Source: Eubacteriales bacterium (GTDB lineage Bacteria > Bacillota > Clostridia > Oscillospirales > UBA644). Taken from it: a stretch of 64,000 nt of DNA. A program made the position numbers and the translations under genes. The DNA lies in contig JAZPXN010000035.1 in NCBI GenBank assembly GCA_045543655.1, forward strand, positions 955 through 64,954, in the 5' to 3' direction. This document shows, piece by piece, positions 8,275 to 17,040 of this stretch. The notes beneath the pieces were generated by a model. It saw nothing but the letters and a program-made list of their open reading frames with translations, searched no databases and was not told the DNA's origin. Each line of letters begins with the position of its first letter. Positions within the stretch are counted from its first letter, which is position 1.

Positions 8275-9129
8275 TTATTTTTTCTTGAACGGCAACAGCA
8301 TCCGTGTTTCGGACTTATACTGTTCAAAACCGGGTTTTCGGGATTGACGGCGGTCGGCCATGGGGATGCTGACGAAGAAAAAGAGCAGGGTATTGGCCAA
8401 TGCCCCCGCCGAAAGATACCACAGATGGGGTGCAGAACAGACCACCGCAAGAGCGACGCCCCACCACGTCAGAATCTCGCCGAGATAATTGGGATGTCGG
8501 GAATAGCGCCAAAGCCCGGTGCGGAGAAATCCGCCGGTCTTCCCCTTACGGAAGCGGTGCATCTCAACGTCCGCCACGCCCTGCATCACCGCCGCCCCCA
8601 ACGAGAGCAAAAGGAACAGAACCCCTTGAACGGTCAACTCAACGCCCTCCCGAATCGCCGTCACCGCCGGCAGTACGCAAAGCCAGACGATCAGCGTGGG
8701 CACCAGATGGATGCCGAAAAGATTGACGAGGGGATAGAAACCCCCGGTCTTCTCCCGGAGCATGGTATAGCGCCAGTCCTGCCATTGCAGATTCTGAAAG
8801 GTATACGCCCAGTTGGCCGTCAGGCGGATGCCCCAGAAAAAGACGACCGAAAGAAGAAAAATGCCGAAAAGATTCAGGGGATGCAAAAGGGCGGCAACGG
8901 CCAGAATCACCATGGGCTGAACGCTCCAATAGGGATCGTAGACCGAAGCGTTGCCGAAAATCACGCTGAAAAGATAGACCACGAGGGTGGCAAACACGTC
9001 GGCCAGCAGAAAATTCAGCCACCACCCGAAGGGTAGAAAAAGATACAGACCGACGCCGCCCGCCCCGGCCAGCAGATAGACCAGAGTCACCGCAAGAAAG
9101 GACAGCGCCCGGTTTTCTTTGAATTTCAT
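8275..9129 (-). CDS. DUF1295 membrane protein (steroid 5-alpha-reductase / ICMT-like fold)
   Basis: Polytopic. Contains ...GLWRYSRHPNYLGEILTWWG... Confidence 0.85.
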   Translation of the reverse strand: MKFKENRALSFLAVTLVYLLAGAGGVGLYLFLPFGWWLNFLLADVFATLVVYLFSVIFGNASVYDPYWSVQPMVILAVAALLHPLNLFGIFLLSVVFFWGIRLTANWAYTFQNLQWQDWRYTMLREKTGGFYPLVNLFGIHLVPTLIVWLCVLPAVTAIREGVELTVQGVLFLLLSLGAAVMQGVADVEMHRFRKGKTGGFLRTGLWRYSRHPNYLGEILTWWGVALAVVCSAPHLWYLSAGALANTLLFFFVSIPMADRRQSRKPGFEQYKSETRMLLPFKKK

Positions 9130-9138
9130 AGCGCCTCC

Positions 9139-9894
9139 TTATCCCAGAAGCACGTCGGAGATCAGCATCAGACAGAATCCCGCCAAAAGAGCGTAGGTGG
9201 CGCCCCGCTGACTTCCGTGGGCGTGAGTCTCGGGAATCATTTCGTCGCTGATAACGTACAGCATCGTCCCTCCCGCAAAGGCCAGCGCAAAGGGCAGAAT
9301 GGCGGCGGAAAGAGATACGGCGAAATAGCCAAGCAGGGTTCCGATCACCTCCACAAGGCCGGTCAAAAGGGCCAATACCAGGGTTTTGCCCGGCTTTACG
9401 CCCGAAGCCAGCATAGGGCCGATGATGACCATGCCTTCGGGGATATTCTGCAGAGCAATCCCCCCGGCAATCAGCAAAGCCTGCTCCGTATCCCCGGACC
9501 CGAAGCCAACCCCGGCGGCAATGCCTTCGGGCAGATTGTGAATGGCAATCGCGGTGACGAAGAGCAATACCTTACTCAGCTTTTCGTTGCTTTTGTGGGA
9601 TTCGAAATCCGCCCCGGCCAGCTTGTGAAGGTGGGGCACCAGCTTATCGATCAGATTCAGACAGAGCGCCCCGGCGAAAATCCCGGCAACGGTGATGACA
9701 AGGCCGTATTTCCCGCCGTATTCCACCGAGGGCAGCACCAGTCCCAGCACCGCCGCCGCCAGCATCACCCCCGCCGCAAAGGACAGGATGATATCGCTGA
9801 AGCGGTGAGACATTTTCTTAAAGACGAAGCCGATCAAGGCCCCTACGGCAGTGGCTCCACCCACGCCCAGGGCCGTTAAAAGAACCATTTCCAT
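9139..9894 (-). CDS. ZIP-family divalent metal transporter
   Basis: ...AIAIHNLPEGIAAGVGF...ALQNIPEGM... Confidence 0.9.
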   Translation of the reverse strand: MEMVLLTALGVGGATAVGALIGFVFKKMSHRFSDIILSFAAGVMLAAAVLGLVLPSVEYGGKYGLVITVAGIFAGALCLNLIDKLVPHLHKLAGADFESHKSNEKLSKVLLFVTAIAIHNLPEGIAAGVGFGSGDTEQALLIAGGIALQNIPEGMVIIGPMLASGVKPGKTLVLALLTGLVEVIGTLLGYFAVSLSAAILPFALAFAGGTMLYVISDEMIPETHAHGSQRGATYALLAGFCLMLISDVLLG

Positions 9895-9922
9895 AAAAAA
9901 CCTCCGAAATTTTTTTTCTCTC

Positions 9923-10627
9923 TTATCTTTCTTCCAGCTTGACCAAAACCCGCCGGTCTGCCGTCACTTCCCCGGGAATCACGCGGCAATCCACCGCCAG
10001 TACCTCCACTCCTGCGGCGGCGGCCCGACGAAGAGCGTCCCCAAAGGCCTTGTGGGTGGCGTCGTTGGGGCGGAGATACGAGATCTCCTTCATCTGAATC
10101 ACGAAAAGCACGCAGGCCCGGTATCCTTCGGCAAGGCAGGCGGTCAACTCGTCGAGATGCTTGACACCCCGCTCGGTGGGCGCGTCGGGGAAGGAGGCCA
10201 CGCCGTCGGTCTCCAGCGTCACGCCCTTAACCTCCAGAAACGTCCGTTCTTCCCCGTCCTCCACGTAAAAATCGAAGCGGGACTTGCCGTAGGTCACCTC
10301 CCGGCGGAAGACCGCACGGGGCGAAAACAGGCCGCTTTTCGGCAGCCATTCGGCGGCGATGGCGTTGGCGGCCTGGGAATCCATATTCACCGTAAGGGGC
10401 GGACGACCGGGGCGAAGCTTTTCCACCGTCACCAGATCGTAGGCCGTTTTCCGGGCGGGGTTGAGGGATCGTTCCAGATAGACCGAACACCCCGGGATCA
10501 GCAGTTCCTTGCACCGTCCGGTATTTTTGACGTGGACGGTCTCTTCCCGTCCGTCGATCTCCACGTGGGCAATAAACCGATTGTCCCGCCGGAGAAATTT
10601 TGCCGAAACCACGTTATTATACTTCAT
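9923..10627 (-). CDS. sfsA: Sugar fermentation stimulation protein SfsA
   Basis: MKYNNVVSAKFLRRDNRFIAHVEIDGREETVHVKNTGRCKELL... Confidence 0.9.
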   Translation of the reverse strand: MKYNNVVSAKFLRRDNRFIAHVEIDGREETVHVKNTGRCKELLIPGCSVYLERSLNPARKTAYDLVTVEKLRPGRPPLTVNMDSQAANAIAAEWLPKSGLFSPRAVFRREVTYGKSRFDFYVEDGEERTFLEVKGVTLETDGVASFPDAPTERGVKHLDELTACLAEGYRACVLFVIQMKEISYLRPNDATHKAFGDALRRAAAAGVEVLAVDCRVIPGEVTADRRVLVKLEER

Positions 10628-11096
10628 TTTTTATACCGTTTTGGATTAAATCCGAAAGAAGCGCCTCGCATCCCCGCAGGATATCGGCGTAGGCCACGTC
10701 GAACCGATCGGAATACCAGGGATCGGCCACGTCTCCTCCTCCGGCGTAGTCCAGAAGCCTGCGCACCTTTCCCTTCGGATCAGAGCCGAAGATCCGAAGC
10801 GCGTTGCGCAGGTTTTTTCCGTCCATGCAAAGAAACAGATCGTAGGCCTCGTAATCGCTTTTTTTCAGTTGTACCGCCCGTTTCCCGTCACAGGAAAGGC
10901 CGTGGCGGGCCAACTCCTGCCGGGCGGGAGGATAGACGGGATTCCCTTTTCCGTTCCAGATCTCCTCGGTGCTGGTGGCGGAAGACGCGACGGAGATCTT
11001 ATCCCCAACACCGGCCTTTTCCGCCAAATCCCGGAAAATAAATTCCCCCATGGGACTGCGGCAGATATTGCCGTGGCAAACGAACATAATTCTCAT
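10617..11096 (-). CDS. Low-molecular-weight protein-tyrosine phosphatase
   Basis: MRIMFVCHGNICRSPMGE (CX5R P-loop) ... DPWY. Confidence 0.9.
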   Translation of the reverse strand: MRIMFVCHGNICRSPMGEFIFRDLAEKAGVGDKISVASSATSTEEIWNGKGNPVYPPARQELARHGLSCDGKRAVQLKKSDYEAYDLFLCMDGKNLRNALRIFGSDPKGKVRRLLDYAGGGDVADPWYSDRFDVAYADILRGCEALLSDLIQNGIKNEV

Positions 11097-11101
11097 ATTT
11101 C

Positions 11102-11656
11102 TTAAACCGTTTCGGTATTATCCGTAAGCTCCACCACGGTATATCCGTGACCGACGGCGGGAAGAAAGATCTTCAGAAGATCCTCCGTGGGAATGCGGAT
11201 CGAGGAGGTGTTGATGCAGGGATGACATCCGATCAGCGTTCCCCGAAGCACGTCCTTGTCGATCAAAAGCCGGACGGATTTCTCCGTGTCGTTCATCAAC
11301 CCCATGACCGACACCGATCCGGGCGTGATATCCAGATATTTTTCCATATCCTCCGCCGAAGCAAAGGAAAGCCGGGAGGAGCCGATCTGAGCCGAAAGAT
11401 CCTTGGTCTTAAAAGGCTTCTCCCCGGGCATCATGAGCAGATAAAAATCGGTCTTCTGCCGATTACAGAGAAAGAGATTTTTGCAGACGGTGGCGGCTAA
11501 AACTTCGTCGATGGCGGCGCAGGCCTCCATGGTCATAGCCACCTCGTGATCCACCCTCTGGTAGGGGATGCGCAGGGAATCCAACAGATCGTACACCCGA
11601 ATCTCTTTGGCCAGTCGCCCTTCACAGGAGGCAGGGCGCCCTTCGTGCAGCGTCAT
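11102..11656 (-). CDS. YbaK/ProX-type aminoacyl-tRNA deacylase domain protein
   Basis: ...CKNLFLCNRQKTDFYLLMMPGEKPFKTKDL...GCHPCINTSS... Confidence 0.85.
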   Translation of the reverse strand: MTLHEGRPASCEGRLAKEIRVYDLLDSLRIPYQRVDHEVAMTMEACAAIDEVLAATVCKNLFLCNRQKTDFYLLMMPGEKPFKTKDLSAQIGSSRLSFASAEDMEKYLDITPGSVSVMGLMNDTEKSVRLLIDKDVLRGTLIGCHPCINTSSIRIPTEDLLKIFLPAVGHGYTVVELTDNTETV

Positions 11657-11804
11657 AAAAGCACTTCCTTTTTCAAGATGCTCTTATTATACCATAGAAT
11701 TCCGGAAAATGCAAGGGGCGGAGAAATTTTTGATTGACCGAAAGGTCCGAAAGGGATTTCCGCCCGTCGCCAGGTTCCCGATCGCGGCACGGTTTTTCGG
11801 ATAC

Positions 11805-11836
11805 AAAACCCCCACCCGCGCGGTGACGGATGGGGG
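11805..11836 (-). terminator. Rho-independent terminator after abfA
   Basis: Stem cccccatccg/cgggtggggg (minus sense, one G-U pair), followed by TTTTGT. Confidence 0.6.
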
Positions 11837-11862
11837 CGTTCGTCCGATTTAAGGGAGGGGGA

Positions 11863-13332
11863 TCAACGGAGGCTGAGCGTCAGGGCAAGCACGCCGGCCT
11901 TAGGCACGGTAACGGGCGCCGAAAGATCCACGGTGATCGCTCTGGGGGTCACGGCGTCGGGGGCTTCGAAGGTATTGTGATCCCGCATATCGGCAGAAGC
12001 AAGCACCGAAGCGGATACGGAAAGGATTTCCCGATCCAGCCCCAAAAGCTCCAACGAAACTTCCGCGTCTTCCCGGCAGGAAAGATTGGCCAGGGTCACG
12101 GTCATAACGTCGTGATTTACCGAAGCAGAAACCGAAACAGCAGAAGAAATTTCGTCGTTATTGGAAATAAGCGTCCGCAAAGCCTTGCCGCCCTGATGGC
12201 CCTTGTAGAGGTCGAAAACGTGGTAGGTGGGGGTGGTGATACAATGCTCCCCGCCCGCCAGGAACAGGCAGTGCAGGTTATTGACCAGCTGAGCCACGTT
12301 GGCCATCTTGACGACGCCGCAATGATTGTTGAAAATATTCAGCGTCAAGGCCGAAACCACCGCGTCCCGCATGGTAGATTGCTGTTCGAAGAGGTTATAT
12401 CCCTTGCTGGGGCCGGAGCCGTCGGGATGCCAGCAGCCCCACTCGTCGACGACCAGCTTCATCTTATCCTGCATCCCGTGGGCCACGGTGAAGGCGGAAT
12501 GGCGGTTGATCAGAGTCTCCATCCGGGTGGCTTTTTCGATGAGGATATCCCAGTCCTCCTCCGTATAATCCACGCAATCGCCGGATTTGCCGCAATAATA
12601 GTGGAAGGACATTCCGTCCACGGGAATATTCCCTTTTGCGTGGGCCAGATTGGAAACGAGGCCTTCGGTCCAGTTATAATCCGCGCCGTCCGCGCCGCCG
12701 ACGATGACCTGGGCGCCGTAATTCTTACCGAAATTATGCAATACCGTGGCAAAACGGCGATATTCCATGGCGTAGTATTCCGGGGTCATATTTCCGCCGC
12801 CGCCCCAGTTTTCGTTCCCGATGCCCCAATAAGGAATGTCGAAGGGCTCGGGGTGACCGTTCTTTTCCCGCTCCAGAGCAAGGGTGGTGGTTCCCCGGGG
12901 AGAGAGACAGTAATCCATCCAATCCAAAGCCTGCAGAGGGGTGATGGAGGTGACGTTGACGGCGAAATAAGGCTTGGCGCCGATCAACTCGCACAGCTCC
13001 ACGAATTCGTGGGTGCCCACGGCGTTGGATTCGGTGCGGCCGTCCCGGTGCTGCCACCAATTGGTGCGCACGGGGCGGTTTTCACCGATACCGTCCCGCC
13101 AGTTATAGGCCTCCGCGTAGCATCCGCCGGGCCAGCGCAGGACGGGAGGATGAATGGCCTTCAGCTTTTCCACCAGGTCCTTGCGGAAGCCGTTGATATT
13201 GGGGGTCTCAGAGTCCTTGCCCACCCAAAGGCCGTCGTAAAAGACTCCGCCGATATGCTCGGAAAAATGACCGTAAATTTCGGGAGCCACGGTGCCGATG
13301 ACCTCAGGGCAAACGATCGTAACTTTTTTCAT
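11863..13332 (-). CDS. abfA: Alpha-L-arabinofuranosidase, GH51
   Basis: ...APEIYGHFSEHIGGVFYDGLWVG...VLRWPGGCYAEAYNWRDGIG...WGIGNENWG... Confidence 0.9.
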   Translation of the reverse strand: MKKVTIVCPEVIGTVAPEIYGHFSEHIGGVFYDGLWVGKDSETPNINGFRKDLVEKLKAIHPPVLRWPGGCYAEAYNWRDGIGENRPVRTNWWQHRDGRTESNAVGTHEFVELCELIGAKPYFAVNVTSITPLQALDWMDYCLSPRGTTTLALEREKNGHPEPFDIPYWGIGNENWGGGGNMTPEYYAMEYRRFATVLHNFGKNYGAQVIVGGADGADYNWTEGLVSNLAHAKGNIPVDGMSFHYYCGKSGDCVDYTEEDWDILIEKATRMETLINRHSAFTVAHGMQDKMKLVVDEWGCWHPDGSGPSKGYNLFEQQSTMRDAVVSALTLNIFNNHCGVVKMANVAQLVNNLHCLFLAGGEHCITTPTYHVFDLYKGHQGGKALRTLISNNDEISSAVSVSASVNHDVMTVTLANLSCREDAEVSLELLGLDREILSVSASVLASADMRDHNTFEAPDAVTPRAITVDLSAPVTVPKAGVLALTLSLR

Positions 13333-13347
13333 ATTTCAGTCTCCTTC

Positions 13348-14115
13348 TTAGTTATCCAAAGGATAAATTCGGTTTATCATGGGATATTTCGCCCCCGCAA
13401 GCTCGTTATAGGGCAATTGCTCCCAAGGGCAATCTCCCACGAACCGGCGGATCGCCTCAAGATTTTCCGCCCCGTCGGTATATCCGGGGATAAGAGGCGT
13501 GCGGAAGATAAAATCCTTGCCGCTTCTTTTCAGATACCGGGCGTTTTTCAATATCGTTCCGTTGCTCTGCCCGGTGGCACGGAAATGGGCGTTTGGATCC
13601 ATAATTTTCAGATCCATCAGAATACAGTCCACGGACTCCACCACCGCCCGAAAGATCTCGAAGGGAGCGTGTCCGCAGGTCTCCACCGCCACGTGAATGC
13701 CGTTTTTGCGGAGAAGATCGGCGCATTCGCACAGAAATTCCCATTGCGTCAGGGGCTCTCCGCCGCTGAAGGTCACCCCGCCGCCGGAGGCGGTCAGGAT
13801 CTCTTGAAACGGAAGGATACGGCCCACCAGCTCTTCGGGGGTAAGATCGGTGCCGGCCTCGGTGATCAAACCCTTGGGGCAGGCTGCGGGGTCCCGTCCG
13901 TAACGGAGGGAAAGCTCGCTCTCCTTGGGGCGAAGGCAATTGCCGCAATTCTCACACAGGGCGGTGCGGATCATCAATTCCTTTTCCGTCGTCTGCCCCT
14001 CCGGATTGTGGCACCACAGACACCGCAAGGGGCATCCCTTCAGAAAAACGGTGATCCGGGGACCGGGACCGTCGTGGACGGAAAATTCCTTGACGTCAAA
14101 GATCCGGCCGGTCAC
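13348..14115 (-). CDS. Glycyl-radical enzyme activating protein (radical SAM)
   Basis: GTG start overlapping the GRE stop (GTGA). ...HDGPGPRITVFLKGCPLRCLWCHNPEG... plus a CENCGNC cluster motif. Confidence 0.9.
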   Translation of the reverse strand: MTGRIFDVKEFSVHDGPGPRITVFLKGCPLRCLWCHNPEGQTTEKELMIRTALCENCGNCLRPKESELSLRYGRDPAACPKGLITEAGTDLTPEELVGRILPFQEILTASGGGVTFSGGEPLTQWEFLCECADLLRKNGIHVAVETCGHAPFEIFRAVVESVDCILMDLKIMDPNAHFRATGQSNGTILKNARYLKRSGKDFIFRTPLIPGYTDGAENLEAIRRFVGDCPWEQLPYNELAGAKYPMINRIYPLDN

Positions 14116-16106
14116 AGAGAATACTCCTGCCGGGCGATGACGTGATCCTGGAATTCTTTATCCAATTCGGTAAAATACGCGCTCCAGCCCCAGATGCGGA
14201 CGATCAGCCCCCGGTAGGCCTCGGGATTCTTCTGAGCGTCCCGCAGGGTATCGGGATTGACGGCGTTCAGCTGCAGCTGATGACCGCCCGCCTTCACGAA
14301 GGATTGCACGAGCAGAGCAGTCTTGCGAACCCCCTCGTCGGTATCAAAGACGGTGGAAGAGAATTCCATGGTCAAAGGGCCGCCGTTGCAGACCCGCTTC
14401 AGATTCGGCTTCGTAAAGGAAGCGATCACCGAGAAGGGGCCGCCGGTGCGGGCGAAAAGAGAGGGAGAATAGTTGGCGCCGTAGGGCTCACCCTTCCGCC
14501 GGCCGTCGGGGGAGGCGGGAAGATCCTCCACGTGGCGCAGATAGAACATGGCAGACCCGGTGCCGGCGCGCCAGCACCCGCCCATGCAGTTCTTCCGCCC
14601 CTCCAGAGCATCCGCGAAAAAGTCCAAAAGCCGGACGGCGGCAGTGTCGGGATAGTCCTGATTCTGCCCCATCTTCGGCGCGTCGTACCGCAGGGTGTGG
14701 AGCAGCTCCGGCTCGCCGGCGAAATCCGAATCCACGGCAGCCAGCAACCGGTCAAAGGACACGGTTTTTTCTTCAAAGACGTATTTCCGTAGCGCGGCCA
14801 TCGAATCGGCGGCGGTGGCAATCCCGGTGCCGTGCATCCCGAAATTATAATATTTTGGGCACATCATCGACTCCAGGAAGGGAGACGGAACGAACCAGAC
14901 GTGAATCCCCTCTTCCGCAGAAGCCTGATAATGCAGGTGATGTCTCTCGATAAGCCGGTCGCATTCAGCAAAAATTCCGTCCTTCACCGCATTCTCAAAA
15001 GCGGCGTAATCGGCAAATTTCCGGCCGGAATGAAGAACGTCGTTGATCACCTTCGGGAAATTCAGCGCAGAGATATTATCGATATCCATCCCGTATTTCG
15101 GCACGATCAGCTCCCAGCAGGCAGCAACCACGTAATCCCGGGCGTCTTCCGGATCGTATCCCTTGGCGATCAGAGCGTCGATGACGATATCGTCGTTGGA
15201 ATACTGGGGAAATCCCAGCCCCACCTTGGTCAGCTCGGTGCCCAGCTCGTAGATCTCCGTCGGCGTATCCGCAGAGACCCGCAGGTTGATCTTGGGGTCG
15301 ATCATCAGATTCTCCCGGCTGGCCTGCAGACACAGCTTGGACAGCAGATTGAAGGCAGGCTTCCCTTCCCGGGTCACACCGCCCAGAACCATGCTCTGGC
15401 CGTTGTCCCCCTGCTGAACGCCGGGATAAAGATCGTTATCCTTATTAAAGGACAAAAAGAAATCCTTCACCAGCTCCAACGCCTCTTCCTCGGTCAACCG
15501 GCCGGCCTCGAGATCGGCCTTCAGGTAAGGCCAGGCGTACTGATCGAAGCGCCCCACGGTAATGTGGTAATTGCCCTCCAGCCACAGGGCGAAATGGACG
15601 ATGCGGAACAGCTGCAGCGCCTCTCGGAAGGTCGTCGCCCCCTGCCGGGGAATCCGGGTAAGCAGATCTGCGATATCGTCTCTCCCCTGCCGGCGAGCCT
15701 CGTCCCGGTAGCGGTCGGAAAGATCCAGCAGCGCGTCGATCTCCCGGCGGACGAATTCGTCTCCCTTCTCCCGGTGCGCCAGGAGCCCCTCCCGCAGGAT
15801 GGTTTCGTAATCGGGGGAAACGTTGGAAAGGTAACCGAGCTCGTGAATAAAGCTTTTCTTCTTCTGCTCTTCCCATTCGGCTTGCGTGAAGCAGTCGGGA
15901 ATATTCGCCACCGTCCGCAGAAAAACGATCTGCTCTCCCGGAAGGATCACGGGGCGTTCCAGAGAGATGAGATACTCGAAACGGCGGGTCATCCGTTCCC
16001 GGGCAGAAAGCCCCAGGGCGGAAAACTCGGCCCCCAGATCCCGATCCACGGCGCGGCGGAAGGCCCGGTGCTTGCGGTCGATCAGATACTGTCTCAAGGT
16101 TTCCAT
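14112..16106 (-). CDS. Glycyl-radical enzyme, PFL2/glycerol-dehydratase-like, short form (664 aa)
   Basis: Trimmed to ATG 16106 (METLRQYL...) with GGAG 9 nt upstream. Contains ...VVAACWELIVP... (Cys-Glu region). The C-terminal Gly-radical motif is ...LIVRIWGWSAYF... (14181..14198). Confidence 0.85.
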   Translation of the reverse strand: METLRQYLIDRKHRAFRRAVDRDLGAEFSALGLSARERMTRRFEYLISLERPVILPGEQIVFLRTVANIPDCFTQAEWEEQKKKSFIHELGYLSNVSPDYETILREGLLAHREKGDEFVRREIDALLDLSDRYRDEARRQGRDDIADLLTRIPRQGATTFREALQLFRIVHFALWLEGNYHITVGRFDQYAWPYLKADLEAGRLTEEEALELVKDFFLSFNKDNDLYPGVQQGDNGQSMVLGGVTREGKPAFNLLSKLCLQASRENLMIDPKINLRVSADTPTEIYELGTELTKVGLGFPQYSNDDIVIDALIAKGYDPEDARDYVVAACWELIVPKYGMDIDNISALNFPKVINDVLHSGRKFADYAAFENAVKDGIFAECDRLIERHHLHYQASAEEGIHVWFVPSPFLESMMCPKYYNFGMHGTGIATAADSMAALRKYVFEEKTVSFDRLLAAVDSDFAGEPELLHTLRYDAPKMGQNQDYPDTAAVRLLDFFADALEGRKNCMGGCWRAGTGSAMFYLRHVEDLPASPDGRRKGEPYGANYSPSLFARTGGPFSVIASFTKPNLKRVCNGGPLTMEFSSTVFDTDEGVRKTALLVQSFVKAGGHQLQLNAVNPDTLRDAQKNPEAYRGLIVRIWGWSAYFTELDKEFQDHVIARQEYSL

Positions 16107-16161
16107 AGGCAGGCACTCCTTTTTTGGCATAAATTACTATCTTCATTATAAGAAGAAATCC

Positions 16162-16190
16162 TTGACATTTCTCGCAATTTATTGTATAAT
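16162..16190 (+). promoter_or_regulatory. Sigma-A-type promoter for the AraC-hydrogenase unit
   Basis: TTGACA, 17-nt spacer, TATAAT (perfect consensus). Confidence 0.55.
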
Positions 16191-16223
16191 ATTAGACAGA
16201 AGTTAACTTTTTCGGAGGACGTC

Positions 16224-17021
16224 ATGATCCTTTATCAATCCCACAACTCTTCGGTGCCTTACAACTACGACGCCGTAGATTACGACAATTTCGAATACAT
16301 CCCTCATTTGCATCGGGATCCGGAGCTGGTCTGCGTGCTGGAGGGGGCCGTCGAGGCGGTCATCGAAGACCGGACCGAAACCGTCCGGGCAGGACAGTTT
16401 GCATTGATTTTACCCAATCAGGTGCACACCTTCCGCACGCCGGAATTTTCCCGGGCCCGGGTCATCGTTTTTTCGGAAGAATACGTCCGGGAATTCCGGA
16501 AAAGTCTGGGAGACCGGGAGGGGAAAACCAGCGGCTTTACCATGCCCGAAGGGGATCGCACTCTGTTTCTGGAGCGCATGACGCTGACGCCGCCCCACCG
16601 GATGGACATTTGTGCCTGCCTGGCGTTGGCCTGCGGAGCGTACCTGAAGGAAAAGGAGCGGGAGGGAATGATTCCGGCCCGGCGAAAAAAGGAAGATCTG
16701 ATGCACAAGATCCTTTCCTATATCGCCGGTCATTACACCGAAAACGTGACCTTGACCGCCATGGCGGAGGCTCTGGGATACGAAGAGCATTATCTTTCCC
16801 GGTGCTTTCATCGGCTGTTCCGGAAAAACTTCAAGCAATTCGTCAACGAATACCGCATTTATCACGCCCGGCAGCTTCTGTCCGACTCCGACGATCGGAG
16901 GACCCTGACAGAAATTGCCTTTTCCAGCGGATTTCAATCGGTGCGGAATTTTAACCGCGTCTATCGGGATCTGATGGGATGCGAGCCCCGGAGGCAGAAG
17001 CCTACGAACGGCCCGGCTTAA
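16224..17021 (+). CDS. AraC-family transcriptional regulator (cupin sensor + HTH)
   Basis: ATG 16224 follows GGAGG. Contains ...YIPHLHRDPELVCVLEGAV... and the C-terminus ...IAFSSGFQSVRNFNRVYRDLMGCEP. Confidence 0.85.
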   Translation: MILYQSHNSSVPYNYDAVDYDNFEYIPHLHRDPELVCVLEGAVEAVIEDRTETVRAGQFALILPNQVHTFRTPEFSRARVIVFSEEYVREFRKSLGDREGKTSGFTMPEGDRTLFLERMTLTPPHRMDICACLALACGAYLKEKEREGMIPARRKKEDLMHKILSYIAGHYTENVTLTAMAEALGYEEHYLSRCFHRLFRKNFKQFVNEYRIYHARQLLSDSDDRRTLTEIAFSSGFQSVRNFNRVYRDLMGCEPRRQKPTNGPA

Positions 17022-17040
17022 TCAAAAAGAAAGGAAGCTT

